In this document: in pieces, positions 10,701-20,640 of the stretch
How the letters are laid out: every line of letters begins with the position of its first letter
Numbering within the stretch: position 1 is the stretch's first letter
NCBI GenBank assembly: GCA_965209055.1
Contig: OZ242374.1
Location: forward strand, 4,928,001-4,992,000
Reading direction: 5' to 3'
Origin: Acidobacteriota bacterium
GTDB lineage: Bacteria > Acidobacteriota > UBA6911 > RPQK01 > JAJDTT01
DNA: 64,000 nt
The notes under the pieces: generated by a model
Databases searched by the model: none
The model's input: the letters and a program-made list of their open reading frames with translations, nothing else
What the model was told of the DNA's origin: nothing
Program-made: the position numbers and the translations under genes

Positions 10701-10832
10701 CGGTCGGAGATTCGCGAGATCCGCCCCGGCAACGTCTCCGTCATGCCCTCAGGCCTGGAGGAACAGGTGAGCCGGGAGGAGCTGGCCAGCCTGCTGGCCT
10801 TTCTGAGCAACGCCCGGCGGCGTCCTCGTTGA
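7701..10832 (+). CDS. PVC-type membrane-bound dehydrogenase-domain protein with HEAT repeats and c-type heme
   Basis: Beta-propeller with DTDGDG repeats, HEAT-like repeats, CSSCH heme motif, GPDLT and terminal SVMP motif. Confidence 0.85.
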   Translation: MKTEFPRSSLLCGLVLLAASALLYRLLQIDETPGDSTLTVAEGFEVELVAGPPLVERPISIDFDEQGRLYVTESSGSNDPVEQQLERKPHRVKRLEDTDGDGRFDRSTPFADGMMIPQGALWFDGSLYVAAPPSIWKLTDTDGDGIADRREEWFAGKTLTGCANDLHGPYLGPDGWIYWTKGAFAEQTYERPDGPPLVTRAAHVFRRRPSDPWIEPVLSGGMDNPVDVVFTPRGERLLASTFVQHPKLGRRDGIIHAVHGSVYGKPHDVLNGHARTGDLLPAMLHLGPAAPCAQTIYASRVFGSEYQGNLFACLFNLNKVTRHVLEPSGATFKTRDSDFLVSGDRDFHPTDVLEDADGSLLVADTGGWYKLCCPTSQLHKPDVLGGIYRIRRKGAPGPADPRGLSIDWDNAGGARLTAFLDDRRPAVRNRAMAALAKTGSPAVEALRRALATSDSVEARRNAVWTLTRIPHQEARAAVRPALSDADESVRQAALHSVSVWRDAGSGPRVLELLEQGSASIRRVAAEALGRIGDRRAVPGLLTRTASKNDRILEHSLIYALIEIADPDGTAAGLRAASAHTRRAALIALDQMPAGGLTPESVTPLLASGDPILKQTAAWIAGGHPEWGDALARYFRRRLARRSPGSEERAELTRQLARFAENGTIQSLLASTVAGAGSIESRQTALRAMAGSTLKETPSAWVDGFVAVLTRGDPALIREAVATLRSLPNPGDEDAGRLRTALLLAGRDSTLEPELRVNALAAIPGELDELAPDLFEMLQENLGSAAAVNVRTGAAGVLGRSRPNRDQLLKLTETVRTAGPLVLSPLLGAYRDGGDEDLGRRLMAAVRDSKGLNGLRADVMKQTLANFPPPVQRQGEQLLASLAMDPVQQKTRLEALLAALDEGDIRRGQAVFNSNSTACSSCHAIGYQGGRSGPDLTRIGDVRSRRDLLESILFPSASFVRGYEPVVVVTESGEIHQGVVTRDGQEEVRLVTGPDTEVRVARSEIREIRPGNVSVMPSGLEEQVSREELASLLAFLSNARRRPR

Positions 10833-10871
10833 GATGACGACCCGCACGCCGGATCGGGGAAGAGGAACGGG

Positions 10872-12350
10872 CTATTCGGACCTCAGCCACTTGTCGATCT
10901 GGTTCCCAGCCTGGTCGATGATCGTTTCCAGAGCACCCTTGGCCAGGACGGCGATGGTGTCCGGGTAACGCCCCGATCCGTAGGCGGCGGCCGGCGGTAA
11001 ATAGTTGGCCCGGGCGCCGTTGGCCAGGGAAGCCACCATGATGGGCACTCCCGGAAACCGCTCCCGCAAAGAAGTTTGCAACAACTGGTAGGGCTCCCCT
11101 TCCACGGCCAGCCAGAAAGCGTCCCCGAGGCTCCAGAGCCAGATCGAACAGGCCATGCTCTCTCCCGAAGGGAGGAATTCAAGCCGTTGCAGCCGGCGGG
11201 TCTGCTGCTCGGCCAAAGCCCGGAAATCGGCGGCTCGGGTTTGATCTCCGCCAGCGCGGGCCTGCGCTTCCTCGGCTTGGCACCGTTCCAGCTCGGATTC
11301 GACCTGAGCCCTGGTGAGCGAAGTCCCGCGGTACGGGAGGTCGATGGCCCAGCGCCTCATCTTCCACCGGCGGCTTCGTCCCACCTCCCCGCGGGAAAAC
11401 CGGGTCCAGGACCAGGTTCCCAGGGTGGCGCCGGACTCCCGGGGCCCGGTGTATCGAAAGCACCGGTTGGGAGGCGGCAGATCACACAGGGCCGAGAGGG
11501 CGGCGTAGCCGAGCTGGCGTCCGTTCCGGTCCGCCACTTCCGGGTCCCCCACGAATCCCTCCTTGGGTCCCAGGTCCCCGGAGGCGCCCTGGAGGAAGAG
11601 GCAGGGCGCGCCGGTCTCCCGCTGGACGACCTCCCGCATGGCGCCTGGAAAGTCGGGGCTGATGAGCGTGTTCTGCCAGGCCAGAGTCGTGGGATGGCAC
11701 GCGTAGTTGACGATGGACGCCAACGGCTCATCCCGTTCGCCGGTGACCCGAGCGACCAGGAGAGCGTCGTCCGACGGCCCTTCGGGATTGTACCCGCACA
11801 CGTATTGCTGCAACCGTTCGTCCCACAGATCCCGGTTCCGGGCCAACGAGCAGCGGCCGAAGCCGTATCTGATGGTGGCCGTCTGCCGCCGCGACCTGGC
11901 CGTCGAGATCAGATCGCCCACCGAGGCCGCGACCCGCTCCAGATAGCCGCGGATCAGCTCTCCGCCCGGCAGGGACTCTCGCTCCATGCCCATCAGGCCG
12001 GCGGCATGAGTATGGGAGAACACCACCAACAGGGAGTCGCGGCCGACCCCGGAGAGCCGGCTCGCCCTTTCCAGCAGCAGGTCCATCTCGGCGGGCCACA
12101 ACAGAACGTGGTCCAACAGGATCAGGATCTGCTCGGACGCCGAAGGAGGCCCTCCCTCCTCAAGTGACCCGAACGCGAGAGCCGATGCCGTCAGGGGACG
12201 ATGCACGCCGGTGGAGCGGTCGTGGCTGGCGGCGCCCCACATTCGGTGATAGATGCCGACGGGCGGAGTGATATCCGCCTGTGCCAGACCGAAGCGGCAA
12301 CGGCTCTGAAACGTCTCTACAGACCGCGGATTGTCCATATTGCCTCTCAT
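10872..12350 (-). CDS. Neutral/alkaline ceramidase-like hydrolase
   Basis: DITPP, SHTHA, NYACHPT, ISPDFPG and FLQGASGD motifs. Confidence 0.7.
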   Translation of the reverse strand: MRGNMDNPRSVETFQSRCRFGLAQADITPPVGIYHRMWGAASHDRSTGVHRPLTASALAFGSLEEGGPPSASEQILILLDHVLLWPAEMDLLLERASRLSGVGRDSLLVVFSHTHAAGLMGMERESLPGGELIRGYLERVAASVGDLISTARSRRQTATIRYGFGRCSLARNRDLWDERLQQYVCGYNPEGPSDDALLVARVTGERDEPLASIVNYACHPTTLAWQNTLISPDFPGAMREVVQRETGAPCLFLQGASGDLGPKEGFVGDPEVADRNGRQLGYAALSALCDLPPPNRCFRYTGPRESGATLGTWSWTRFSRGEVGRSRRWKMRRWAIDLPYRGTSLTRAQVESELERCQAEEAQARAGGDQTRAADFRALAEQQTRRLQRLEFLPSGESMACSIWLWSLGDAFWLAVEGEPYQLLQTSLRERFPGVPIMVASLANGARANYLPPAAAYGSGRYPDTIAVLAKGALETIIDQAGNQIDKWLRSE

Positions 12351-12424
12351 CCGGACGGCAACCGGCCTCCACCACGCACCGATTGGCTGTGTGAATCCGG
12401 TTTCGCGAAGACCCTTGCAGGCCG

Positions 12425-13636
12425 TCAGGTTGCCGGGTCGAGTTGGGGAACCTCCATCTGCTCACCGTTGCGCAGGGCGGACTGGTGGGAAACGATTCCC
12501 GGCACGGTCATGGCCAGCGACTCGTAGACGTCGATGGCCGGCTCCCGGTCCTCCACCAGCGCATTGACGAACTCCGCCGTGAGGAAGGTGTGGCTGCTGC
12601 CGTGACCGCTCTCGTGCCGCATCGCCGGCGGCAACCGGCCGGTGTTCCAGTACTCGGGCAGGGTCACTTCCTTCGGCTTGCTGTTCCGCCCGTCCCAAAT
12701 GACGCGATGGATGCCCTCCCGGGTCATGTAGAAGGTTCCCTTTTCGCCGAACCAGTTGGCTCGCTCGCCCCCCGCGGCGATGTGCCAGAACATGTTGCAG
12801 CGTACGATGTGGCCCTGATCCGTCTGCATCCAGGCGCCGGCGTTGGAGAACGGGTTCCGGTACGGATTGGCCTTGAACATGGCCATCTCTTCCGGATCCC
12901 CCCATCCCAGAGCCGAGGTCCTGACGATACGCTCACCCGTGACTCCCACGATGTAGCCCAGAGCATGGGTCGGATAGTGCATGGGAGGAAACCCCTGCCG
13001 CCAGCTCACGGAACCGTCGGGATCGTAGTAGTTGGACTTCGGATTGTTGATGATGTCTTCGCGATAGACATCGTGATAGTACTCGACTTCGCTGTAGAAC
13101 AACTCTCCGAATCCGCCCTTCTGAAAAAGCTCTCGGGCGTAGATGCAGGCCGTGTTGTAGTAACTGGTCTCGGCCATCATGTATCGGAGACCCGTCTTTT
13201 CCTTCAGCTCCTTGAGCTCGTACGCCTCTTCCATGGTGAAGCAGGCCGGTACCGCGGCGATCACATGGAGTCCTCTCTCGAAACACATTCTCGTGTGCTT
13301 CACATGGTCGAGAGCCCCGCTGAAGACCGCCACGGCGTCCAGGTCGTTCGTCTTCTCCTGCAGCATTTCCTCCATGGAGTCGTAGACGTTGTCGCAACCG
13401 TAGACTTCCTGGAGCCTCTTCCGGCGCTTCGGGTAGAGGTCGGTCACGGCTTCGACCACACACCGCGGATGCTCGTGCCAGTAGAAGTTGCAACCGAACC
13501 CGCCTCCAACGATCCCGATGCGGATCTTCTTATCCGACGTGTTCGATCCGTGGCCCACGTATCCCGGAGTCGCCGAGACGGCCTTGGCGGCCACGCCCAT
13601 GGCAGCCGTGGTCAGGAACTCACGCCTGGATGCCAT
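12425..13636 (-). CDS. Tat-exported Gfo/Idh/MocA family oxidoreductase
   Basis: SRREFL Tat signal; IGIVGGGFG nucleotide-binding loop; family-typical C-terminus. Confidence 0.85.
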   Translation of the reverse strand: MASRREFLTTAAMGVAAKAVSATPGYVGHGSNTSDKKIRIGIVGGGFGCNFYWHEHPRCVVEAVTDLYPKRRKRLQEVYGCDNVYDSMEEMLQEKTNDLDAVAVFSGALDHVKHTRMCFERGLHVIAAVPACFTMEEAYELKELKEKTGLRYMMAETSYYNTACIYARELFQKGGFGELFYSEVEYYHDVYREDIINNPKSNYYDPDGSVSWRQGFPPMHYPTHALGYIVGVTGERIVRTSALGWGDPEEMAMFKANPYRNPFSNAGAWMQTDQGHIVRCNMFWHIAAGGERANWFGEKGTFYMTREGIHRVIWDGRNSKPKEVTLPEYWNTGRLPPAMRHESGHGSSHTFLTAEFVNALVEDREPAIDVYESLAMTVPGIVSHQSALRNGEQMEVPQLDPAT

Positions 13637-14516
13637 CTTCTTTTTCTCCGCGGCAGGATGACCCCTTTTTCGGGGCGGATCGGAGAATCCACTGCGCTCG
13701 CTTGACCACCGGCAGGTCCACCATCCTCCCGTCGACGGCCATCGTCCCCTCCTCCGGGGCCGCTTTGAAAGCCGCCACCACCCGGCGTGCAGACTCGACC
13801 TCCTGATCCGTCGGACGGAAAACGTGATGGACGGCTTCGATCTGAGCCGGATGGATCAGAAGCTTTCCCGTGAACCCGAGTTCCCGCGCCGCTTGAGTCT
13901 CCCGGGCCAAGCCGTCCGGATCCCGAAAATCGACGTAGACCTTGTCCACCACCTCCAGCTTGGCACTGGCCGCGGCCACCACCAGCGCGGAGCGTGCATA
14001 GGCCAATAGACCTCCCTGGCGAAACGAGAACAGGCCCAGATCGACGGCAAAGTCCTCGGCCCCAAACATGAGCGCCGCCAGTCTGGGAGAAGATACGGCG
14101 ATGGCCGGCGCCTGAATCAGACCCACGGCGCTCTCGATCATCGCCGCCAGCCGAACACTTCCAGGCGCCATGCCTGCCTGAGGCTCCAGTTCCGTCAGCG
14201 AACGATCGACGGTCCGCACGTCCTCCGGACAGTCCACCTTGGGGAGCACCAGCCCCTCCAGACCGGGCCGGACCACCGCGCGCAGATCGCCGTCCACGGC
14301 TCCATGGCCGGCGGCGTGGATCCGAACGAACCGGCGAGGTCCCTCCCGCGCCGCACTCAAGGCCGCGGCCACCTTCGTTCGGGCCGCCTCCATCTCATTC
14401 GGCGGGACGGCGTCCTCAAGATCGTATATCAATGCATCCGAACCCCGGCCAGGCGATTTATCGATCATTTTCTGCCGATGGCCAGGGACAAAGAGCCAGG
14501 ACCGAATCATCTCCAT
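13620..14516 (-). CDS. CitE/HpcH-HpaI aldolase-citrate lyase beta family CoA ester lyase
   Basis: RSWLFVPG, DLEDAV, LPKV, IESA, FGAEDF and GFTGKLLIHP motifs. Confidence 0.9.
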   Translation of the reverse strand: MEMIRSWLFVPGHRQKMIDKSPGRGSDALIYDLEDAVPPNEMEAARTKVAAALSAAREGPRRFVRIHAAGHGAVDGDLRAVVRPGLEGLVLPKVDCPEDVRTVDRSLTELEPQAGMAPGSVRLAAMIESAVGLIQAPAIAVSSPRLAALMFGAEDFAVDLGLFSFRQGGLLAYARSALVVAAASAKLEVVDKVYVDFRDPDGLARETQAARELGFTGKLLIHPAQIEAVHHVFRPTDQEVESARRVVAAFKAAPEEGTMAVDGRMVDLPVVKRAQWILRSAPKKGSSCRGEKEDGIQA

Positions 14517-14578
14517 CGGCCAATTATCTACTCTTGATTTGATTTGACAATAACAAGCCCGGAAGATGGGCGCCGGAC

Positions 14579-15733
14579 ATGACAACGAACAGGGGGCTAC
14601 AGGTTCGCCGTTCGCTGGCCCGGGCGGGCCGCATCGTGGTCAAGGTGGGTTCCGGAGTCCTGGTGGACTCCCGGCAGCGCCTGGACACGAAGCGAATCGG
14701 CAGCCTCGTGGACAGTATGGCCCGCCTCCTGGCGGAAGGGCGCCAGTTGGTGCTGGTCACGTCGGGAGCGGTGGCGGCCGGGGCTCCGGTCATGGGGTTG
14801 ACCGGTTCGGCCAAGACCATCCCCCAGTTGCAGGCCTGCGCCGCCGTCGGTCAGAACCTCCTCATGTCCGTCTACGAACGCCTCTTCTCGCGGCTGGGCC
14901 GGCACACGGCGCAGGTCCTTCTGACGCGGGACGACATGCACAATCGGGAACGTTATCTCAACGCCAGAAACACACTGGAGACGCTGCTCGCGTCTGCAAT
15001 CCTCCCCGTGGTCAACGAGAACGACACGGTGGCCGTCAACGAGATCAAGTTCGGCGACAACGACCAGCTTTCGGCGCAGGTCGCGGTCCTGGTTCAAGCC
15101 GACCTGCTGCTGATTCTTTCCACGGTGGGCGGGTTCTACGAGCAGATCCGGGAGGGCGCCCCGGAGGATGGACGACTGATCTCCACGGTGGAGCAGATCA
15201 CCGATTGGCATTTCAGCCATACGCGCGACACCCGGAATTCGGCGTCCGTTACCCGCGGCGGGATGCGCTCCAAGCTGCTGTCGATCCGCAAGGCGGCCGA
15301 GTCGGGAATTCCCTCGTTGCTGGTCAGCGGCCTGGACGCGCGAATCCTGGAGACGGCCCTGGAGGGTCGGGAGGTGGGCACCCTCTTCCTTCCGTTCAAG
15401 GAGCGGCTTTCGGCCCGGAAGCACTGGATCCTGCATTCGCTCCAGCCACAGGGGCGCCTGATCGTGGACCGGGGCGCCGCGCGGGCGCTGACTCAACAGG
15501 GCAAGAGCCTCCTTTCCATCGGCATCACCGCGGTGGAAGGCACGTTCCACTCGGGAAACCCGGTCCGGGTCATGGGACCCGACGGCCGGGAGATCGCCCG
15601 GGGTCTGAGCTACTACAGTTCCAGGGAGGTGGCGGCGATTCGGGGCTGCAAGAGCGAAGAGATCCGCGCACAACTCGGCTACAGCTACTACGACGAGGTG
15701 ATCCATAGAGACAACCTGGTGCTGGTAAAATGA
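14579..15733 (+). CDS. proB: Glutamate 5-kinase
   Basis: IVVKVGS, VTSGAV, NENDTV, FGDND and GGMRSKL motifs, C-terminal PUA domain; directly upstream of proA. Confidence 0.97.
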   Translation: MTTNRGLQVRRSLARAGRIVVKVGSGVLVDSRQRLDTKRIGSLVDSMARLLAEGRQLVLVTSGAVAAGAPVMGLTGSAKTIPQLQACAAVGQNLLMSVYERLFSRLGRHTAQVLLTRDDMHNRERYLNARNTLETLLASAILPVVNENDTVAVNEIKFGDNDQLSAQVAVLVQADLLLILSTVGGFYEQIREGAPEDGRLISTVEQITDWHFSHTRDTRNSASVTRGGMRSKLLSIRKAAESGIPSLLVSGLDARILETALEGREVGTLFLPFKERLSARKHWILHSLQPQGRLIVDRGAARALTQQGKSLLSIGITAVEGTFHSGNPVRVMGPDGREIARGLSYYSSREVAAIRGCKSEEIRAQLGYSYYDEVIHRDNLVLVK

Positions 15734-15758
15734 CCGTCCCCTGATTTGCGGGAGAAGA

Positions 15759-17036
15759 ATGATGACCACAACCGTGACCTCACTGGAAAACGAGATCGTC
15801 CAGCTCTCCAGGCGGGCCAAGTCGGCTTCCCGCCGGCTGGCCGGACTGTCCGCGGACGCCAAGAACGCACTGCTGGAAGACCTGGCCCGTCGGCTGTCGC
15901 AGCCCGACGCCCGCGCGACGTTGCTGGCGGCCAACGCCCGCGACCTGGAAGCGGGCGCCCGAAAGGGTCTCACCGGCGCGCTGCTGGATCGGCTGAAACT
16001 GGACTCCAAGCGGATGGACTCCATGATCCGGGGCCTGCGGGAGGTGGCCCGGCTGCCCGACCCCGTGGGCGTCGACCGCCAGAGGTGGACCCGGCCCAAC
16101 GGGCTTCAGGTTGCCAAGCGGACCATCCCCCTGGGAGTGATCGGCATCATCTACGAGGCAAGGCCCAACGTCACCATCGACGCCTTCTCCCTCTGCTTCA
16201 AGGCCGGAAACGCCACCGTCCTCAAGGGAGGCTCCGAGGCCATTCATTCGAACCGGGCCCTGGTGGACCTGGTGGCCAGGACGCTGGCGCCGGCCGGCCT
16301 CTCGGATGCGTGCCGGCTGCTGGACACCACTGACCGCAACGCCATCGCCATCATGGTCCGCCAGGAGGAGTTCATCGACCTGATCATTCCCCGGGGAGGC
16401 GAGGGATTGATCCGCTTCGTTGCGGCAACGAGCCGCATCCCCGTCATCAAGCACTACAAGGGAGTGTGCAACATCTATGTGGATGAGGAAGCCGATCTCG
16501 AAAAGGCCCTGACCATCGCCGAGAACGCCAAGATCTCCCGGCCCGCCGTTTGCAATGCCGTGGAGAACCTCCTGATCCACGAAAAGGCCGCCGCCCGGTT
16601 CCTCCCCCGATTTGCCCGGCGGATGGACCAGGCGGGGGTCGAGCTGCGGGGAGATGACCGGACCTGCAAGATCCTCCCCGGAGCCACGCCGGCGACGGAC
16701 GAGGACTACCACGAGGAGTTCCTGGACCTGATCCTGGCCGTGCGGGTCGTCTCAAACCTGGACGAGGCCGTCGCCCACATCGAAACCTACGGTTCCGACC
16801 ACACCGAATCCATCGTCACCGAAAATCAGGCCACGGGCGAGGCGTTCCTGAACCGGGTCAACTCCTCGGTGGTCCTGGTCAACGCCTCCACCCGCTTTTC
16901 CGACGGAGGAGAGCTGGGCCTGGGCGCCGAGATCGGAATCAGCACCACCCGGCTGCACGCTTACGGACCCATGGGGCTGGAAAGCCTGGTGACGGAGAAA
17001 TTCGTCATCGTGGGGGACGGACAGATCCGCGTGTGA
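15759..17036 (+). CDS. proA: Glutamate-5-semialdehyde dehydrogenase
   Basis: PLGVIGIIYEARPNVT, LKGGSEA, IPRGG, CNAVE, NASTRFSDG and GAEIGIST motifs. Confidence 0.97.
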   Translation: MMTTTVTSLENEIVQLSRRAKSASRRLAGLSADAKNALLEDLARRLSQPDARATLLAANARDLEAGARKGLTGALLDRLKLDSKRMDSMIRGLREVARLPDPVGVDRQRWTRPNGLQVAKRTIPLGVIGIIYEARPNVTIDAFSLCFKAGNATVLKGGSEAIHSNRALVDLVARTLAPAGLSDACRLLDTTDRNAIAIMVRQEEFIDLIIPRGGEGLIRFVAATSRIPVIKHYKGVCNIYVDEEADLEKALTIAENAKISRPAVCNAVENLLIHEKAAARFLPRFARRMDQAGVELRGDDRTCKILPGATPATDEDYHEEFLDLILAVRVVSNLDEAVAHIETYGSDHTESIVTENQATGEAFLNRVNSSVVLVNASTRFSDGGELGLGAEIGISTTRLHAYGPMGLESLVTEKFVIVGDGQIRV

Positions 17037-17037
17037 A

Positions 17038-18045
17038 TCACTCCTCCGGCAGCCGGACCTTCGCCAGGTAGATGTTGCTCTTCCCTTCGTGCGACGAGTA
17101 GTAGCTGATCCAGAGCAGTCCCTGGTGCCAGACCATTCCGGGATAGCTGGTGTCCCCGCCGCTGGGCAGGGTCAGGACCGGCTCGAAGCTGTTCCGGGTC
17201 ATGCGGGCCAGGATCGTCGTGGGATCTCCGGTATAGGCGCGGCTTCCCGCCCAGAGCCGGCCGTCGGGCAGGCGAATGAAATTGGGCCCACCCAACCGGT
17301 GCCCCGTGTCGTGCCACGTCCACTTCCGATAGGGAGGATGGCTGGTGCCGATCCAACCCGTGGCGTTGCGCCGCAACAGGATCATCATTTCGTCCCCGGG
17401 AAGGAAGCGGATGGTGGCCTCGTTGGGCCACGGAGGAATGTTTCTGAATACCGTGATCCAGTTCCACTCGATGCCGTCCGGGCTCGAGTAGAGGATCACT
17501 CGGCGGGTGTTCTTCCCGTCTCCCATCTTGGAGACGCTGTAGGCGGTGCCCTTGTGCCAGGTGATGCGCCAGAGCCAGTGCTCTTCGGCCAGGACACGCC
17601 GTGGAGGCGTCCACTCGTAGCCGTCCGGGGAGAACGCGACGCGGGGCACCCGGGTCTGGAACGAATCATCCCTGTAAATGCTGCCGCCGGCGACCAGCAT
17701 GAGGCGATCATCGGGCGTCCGGGAGAGCTTGGGATCCCTCAGGTCCACCCCCGCCGTCTCCAGGAGGGCAGCCGATTCCCAGCTCTCACCATCCGATGAG
17801 GTGATGACCCGGATCCGTCCGTCCTGACCGGCGGCATGCCGTTCGCCCTCCCGAAAGGTGCAGAACCACCTTTCGCGGAAACGGATCAGGTCGGTGAAGG
17901 CGTTGTGAAGACCCCGGTCCCAGATCTTCTCCACCGATACGATCCGGGGATCTTCCGCCCGGACCGCCGGGAAGCACAGGACCATCACGGCGATCGGGAA
18001 CCAGAGGCGTCGTCCTCGCATGGACTTCATCGTTCGTGTCCTCAC
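17038..18045 (-). CDS. Secreted sialidase/BNR-repeat beta-propeller protein
   Basis: Signal peptide; HNAFTDL; Asp-box-like SSDGESW, SPDGYEW and SPDGIEW; GDTSYPG. Confidence 0.7.
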   Translation of the reverse strand: MRTRTMKSMRGRRLWFPIAVMVLCFPAVRAEDPRIVSVEKIWDRGLHNAFTDLIRFRERWFCTFREGERHAAGQDGRIRVITSSDGESWESAALLETAGVDLRDPKLSRTPDDRLMLVAGGSIYRDDSFQTRVPRVAFSPDGYEWTPPRRVLAEEHWLWRITWHKGTAYSVSKMGDGKNTRRVILYSSPDGIEWNWITVFRNIPPWPNEATIRFLPGDEMMILLRRNATGWIGTSHPPYRKWTWHDTGHRLGGPNFIRLPDGRLWAGSRAYTGDPTTILARMTRNSFEPVLTLPSGGDTSYPGMVWHQGLLWISYYSSHEGKSNIYLAKVRLPEE

Positions 18046-18051
18046 CGGAGA

Positions 18052-19239
18052 TCAAAGCGCGGCGATCTTCTCCACCAGGGGCCAGAAACCGAGTTGCTCC
18101 ACGGCGTGGCTGCGGTAGATCCCCGACGCTTCGGCGCCGCTGCCGTAGGCGCGGCGAGCGGCCTCCGTCAGGAGATCGGGGTCCTGAAAGCTCCCGACAT
18201 GGTAGCAGGAGAACTCGGCCACCACGGGACAGCGGCCCGCGACCCTCTTGACCGCGGCGGCCACCTGCCGCTCCACCCGACGCACGTCGGAAGTGGTGCG
18301 GAACCAGAGATGGAGCTCATCCACCAGGTTCTGGTCCACCCAGGTCGGCCAATCCTGAAACACCTTCACGTACTCGTCCATCTCCCGCGCCACCAGGGCG
18401 ACCGTCATGGGCGCCGATGGATCCTTTTCCCGCAAGGCTTCCCGCAACTCCCGGATGGCGACCGTGGTGTAGTCGGCCCGGAACTGGACCCAGGAGGGGT
18501 CGTCGTTGGGCAGCTCCATGGGATCCCGGCGGGATTTCTGCCGGTAGAACCGGGTCATGGGTTCTTCGTAACCGTCGGTTCCGACGCCGTTCTCGTCCTG
18601 GTTGAGACTGACGAACTCCACCTGGAATCCGTGCCCGCCGGTGCGCTCCAGCATGGCCAGGTAGTTGTGCTTCTCGTGCTCCCGGACCTCGGGGACGGCA
18701 AGGCTCAGGGTGCGCCTTTGTCCCGGCTGAATCTCATCACGGCGACTCCGGTCGCGAGCCCAGTACCCGGGGTGTGCCCGGGCGAAATCGCTCAGGCTGG
18801 GAGACGACCGGGGATGGGACCAGATGGGTTGGTGGCGCTCCAGCTTCTTCTTCATTTCGGGAGAACCGGGCGGCGCACTCAGGTAGTGAACCGACCAGGC
18901 ATAGTTGACTCGCCGGGAGCCATGGGAATTGAAGGCCAGGTAGGGATGCACCTTTATGCCCTTCTTCCGCCCCTCCTCCACCAGAACGCGAGACCCGCTC
19001 CAAGGGATCAGGTCGGTCACTCCGTGATCCGAACACTTGCCGACGAATTGGGCCACTTTCGGATCATCGGCGGGCCCGGCCGGATTGATCAGGCCTCCCT
19101 TGTCACACCAAAGGAGAAAACGGCGCCGCGTCCCTTCCCCCCGAACCTTCCGCCGCCCGGCTCCGGCGGAAGCGATGACGGACGGAGGAACTGCCAGGGC
19201 GCCTCCCAGGAAATGACGCCGGTTCAATCTGCTATTCAT
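18052..19239 (-). CDS. Tat-exported hypothetical protein, possible TIM-barrel glycoside hydrolase-like (DUF187-like)
   Basis: NRRHFL Tat motif; LAVPEVR, WVQFRAD and QDWPTW resemble the GHL10/DUF187 pattern. Confidence 0.5.
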   Translation of the reverse strand: MNSRLNRRHFLGGALAVPPSVIASAGAGRRKVRGEGTRRRFLLWCDKGGLINPAGPADDPKVAQFVGKCSDHGVTDLIPWSGSRVLVEEGRKKGIKVHPYLAFNSHGSRRVNYAWSVHYLSAPPGSPEMKKKLERHQPIWSHPRSSPSLSDFARAHPGYWARDRSRRDEIQPGQRRTLSLAVPEVREHEKHNYLAMLERTGGHGFQVEFVSLNQDENGVGTDGYEEPMTRFYRQKSRRDPMELPNDDPSWVQFRADYTTVAIRELREALREKDPSAPMTVALVAREMDEYVKVFQDWPTWVDQNLVDELHLWFRTTSDVRRVERQVAAAVKRVAGRCPVVAEFSCYHVGSFQDPDLLTEAARRAYGSGAEASGIYRSHAVEQLGFWPLVEKIAAL

Positions 19240-19451
19240 GCGCTAACTCCCCCTGTCAGCCTACCATCGATTCCGGGCAAGATGAATTTCAATGCATATT
19301 CGGATGATCGCCTGCGTTGCGCAAACATCCTTTACCTCCCGCCCGGACCGCTCGAGTCTCGCACCGAACTCCGCACCATGTCGTTATCGTACAAAACCTT
19401 TACCGAAAGTCCGCTCCAGAAATCACACGTGCATCCTCACATTTGTTTTAG

Positions 19452-20640
19452 GGAAGGTCTGAACAAGTCGATTCAAGGGACGTGAGAGCCGTTATTGTTT
19501 CGGCTTTGCGGTGTCCAAACCTTCATTATGAGGAGTACCACCCTGGCAAGGCTCTGGGTGCCCCCATTCTCAGACTGATTCCCCGAATCTCGACGCACCT
19601 CTCCCGCGCCCGGATCAGGCGTTCACGCCAGAGCGCTCGGCGATCATCAGATTGGCGAACCCCACCAGCAAATAGATCCGTTGGGTGTTTTTCGCCAGCC
19701 CCCGGTAGCGCACCTTCGCGTAGCCGAAATGCCGTTTCAGGTACCCGAATACATGTTCTGCCTTGGCCCGAACCGACGCTTTGCGCCGCTCGGCCAACGC
19801 CGCCTCACTCTCCGGTGGCAGCCGCCAACGCTTCCCCGGCTTCATCATCACCTGCCAATCCACCGGCCGATCTCGATTCTCCGACCGCTTTCCCACTCCC
19901 TGGTATCCCGAATCCCCCCAAACTTGAGACTCCGAGCCGTGCAGCAACTCACCGGCTCGCGTCACGTCATGCTCGTTAGCCGGCGCCGTCACCACCGTGT
20001 GCGCCACCCCCGTCTGGGCGTCCACCCCCAGGTGGGCCTTCATTCCGAAATACCACTGTTTTCCCTTCTTCGTCTGATGCATCTCCGGGTCCCGCGCCCC
20101 CTCCCTGTTCTTGGTCGAGGAAGGCGCCGCCAGGATACTCGCGTCCACGATCGTCCCCCGGCTCAGCCGCAGGCCTTGCCGCTGCAGGTGAGAACCGATC
20201 TCCTCGAACAGCGCCTCCCCCAGACCATGCTCCTCCAGCCGATGACGGAATTTCAGAATCGTCGTCTCGTCCGGCAGCGGCCCCGTGAGCTTCAGGCCCA
20301 CGAACCGCCGCACCGACTCCACCTCATAGAGCAGATCCTCCATCCCCGGATCGCTCAGGTTGTAAAACAGCTGCACGCAGTGGATCCGAAGCATCGTCGA
20401 GAGCGGGTAGGGACGCCGTCCCCGTCCCGCTTTCGGGTAAACGGGCCGAATCCGGGCTTCCAACTGCTCCCATGGAATCAACCGGTCCATCCGGGCCAGA
20501 AATCTCTCCCGACGGGTCACCCGCTTCTTGCCGTCGTATTCCAGATCTGCGAACGTTCGTTGCGACATCATCTATCCTCCATGCAGTGATGATGGAAGAA
20601 TTATCGTGCAGAACGCTGACTCGACTTAATCAGACCTTCC
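19452..20640 (-). mobile_element. IS5-family (IS5 subgroup) insertion sequence, 1189 bp, complete
   Basis: TIRs GGAAGGTCTGAACAAGTCGA (19452-19471) and TCGACTTAATCAGACCTTCC (20621-20640) match 18/20. TTAG target duplication at 19448-19451 and 20641-20644. Confidence 0.95.
19615..20571 (-). CDS. IS5 family DDE transposase
   Basis: LSDPGMED, PDETTILKFR, IVDAS, DPEMHQTKKGKQWYFGMKAH, GDSGYQG and RAKAEH motifs. Confidence 0.97.
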   Translation of the reverse strand: MMSQRTFADLEYDGKKRVTRRERFLARMDRLIPWEQLEARIRPVYPKAGRGRRPYPLSTMLRIHCVQLFYNLSDPGMEDLLYEVESVRRFVGLKLTGPLPDETTILKFRHRLEEHGLGEALFEEIGSHLQRQGLRLSRGTIVDASILAAPSSTKNREGARDPEMHQTKKGKQWYFGMKAHLGVDAQTGVAHTVVTAPANEHDVTRAGELLHGSESQVWGDSGYQGVGKRSENRDRPVDWQVMMKPGKRWRLPPESEAALAERRKASVRAKAEHVFGYLKRHFGYAKVRYRGLAKNTQRIYLLVGFANLMIAERSGVNA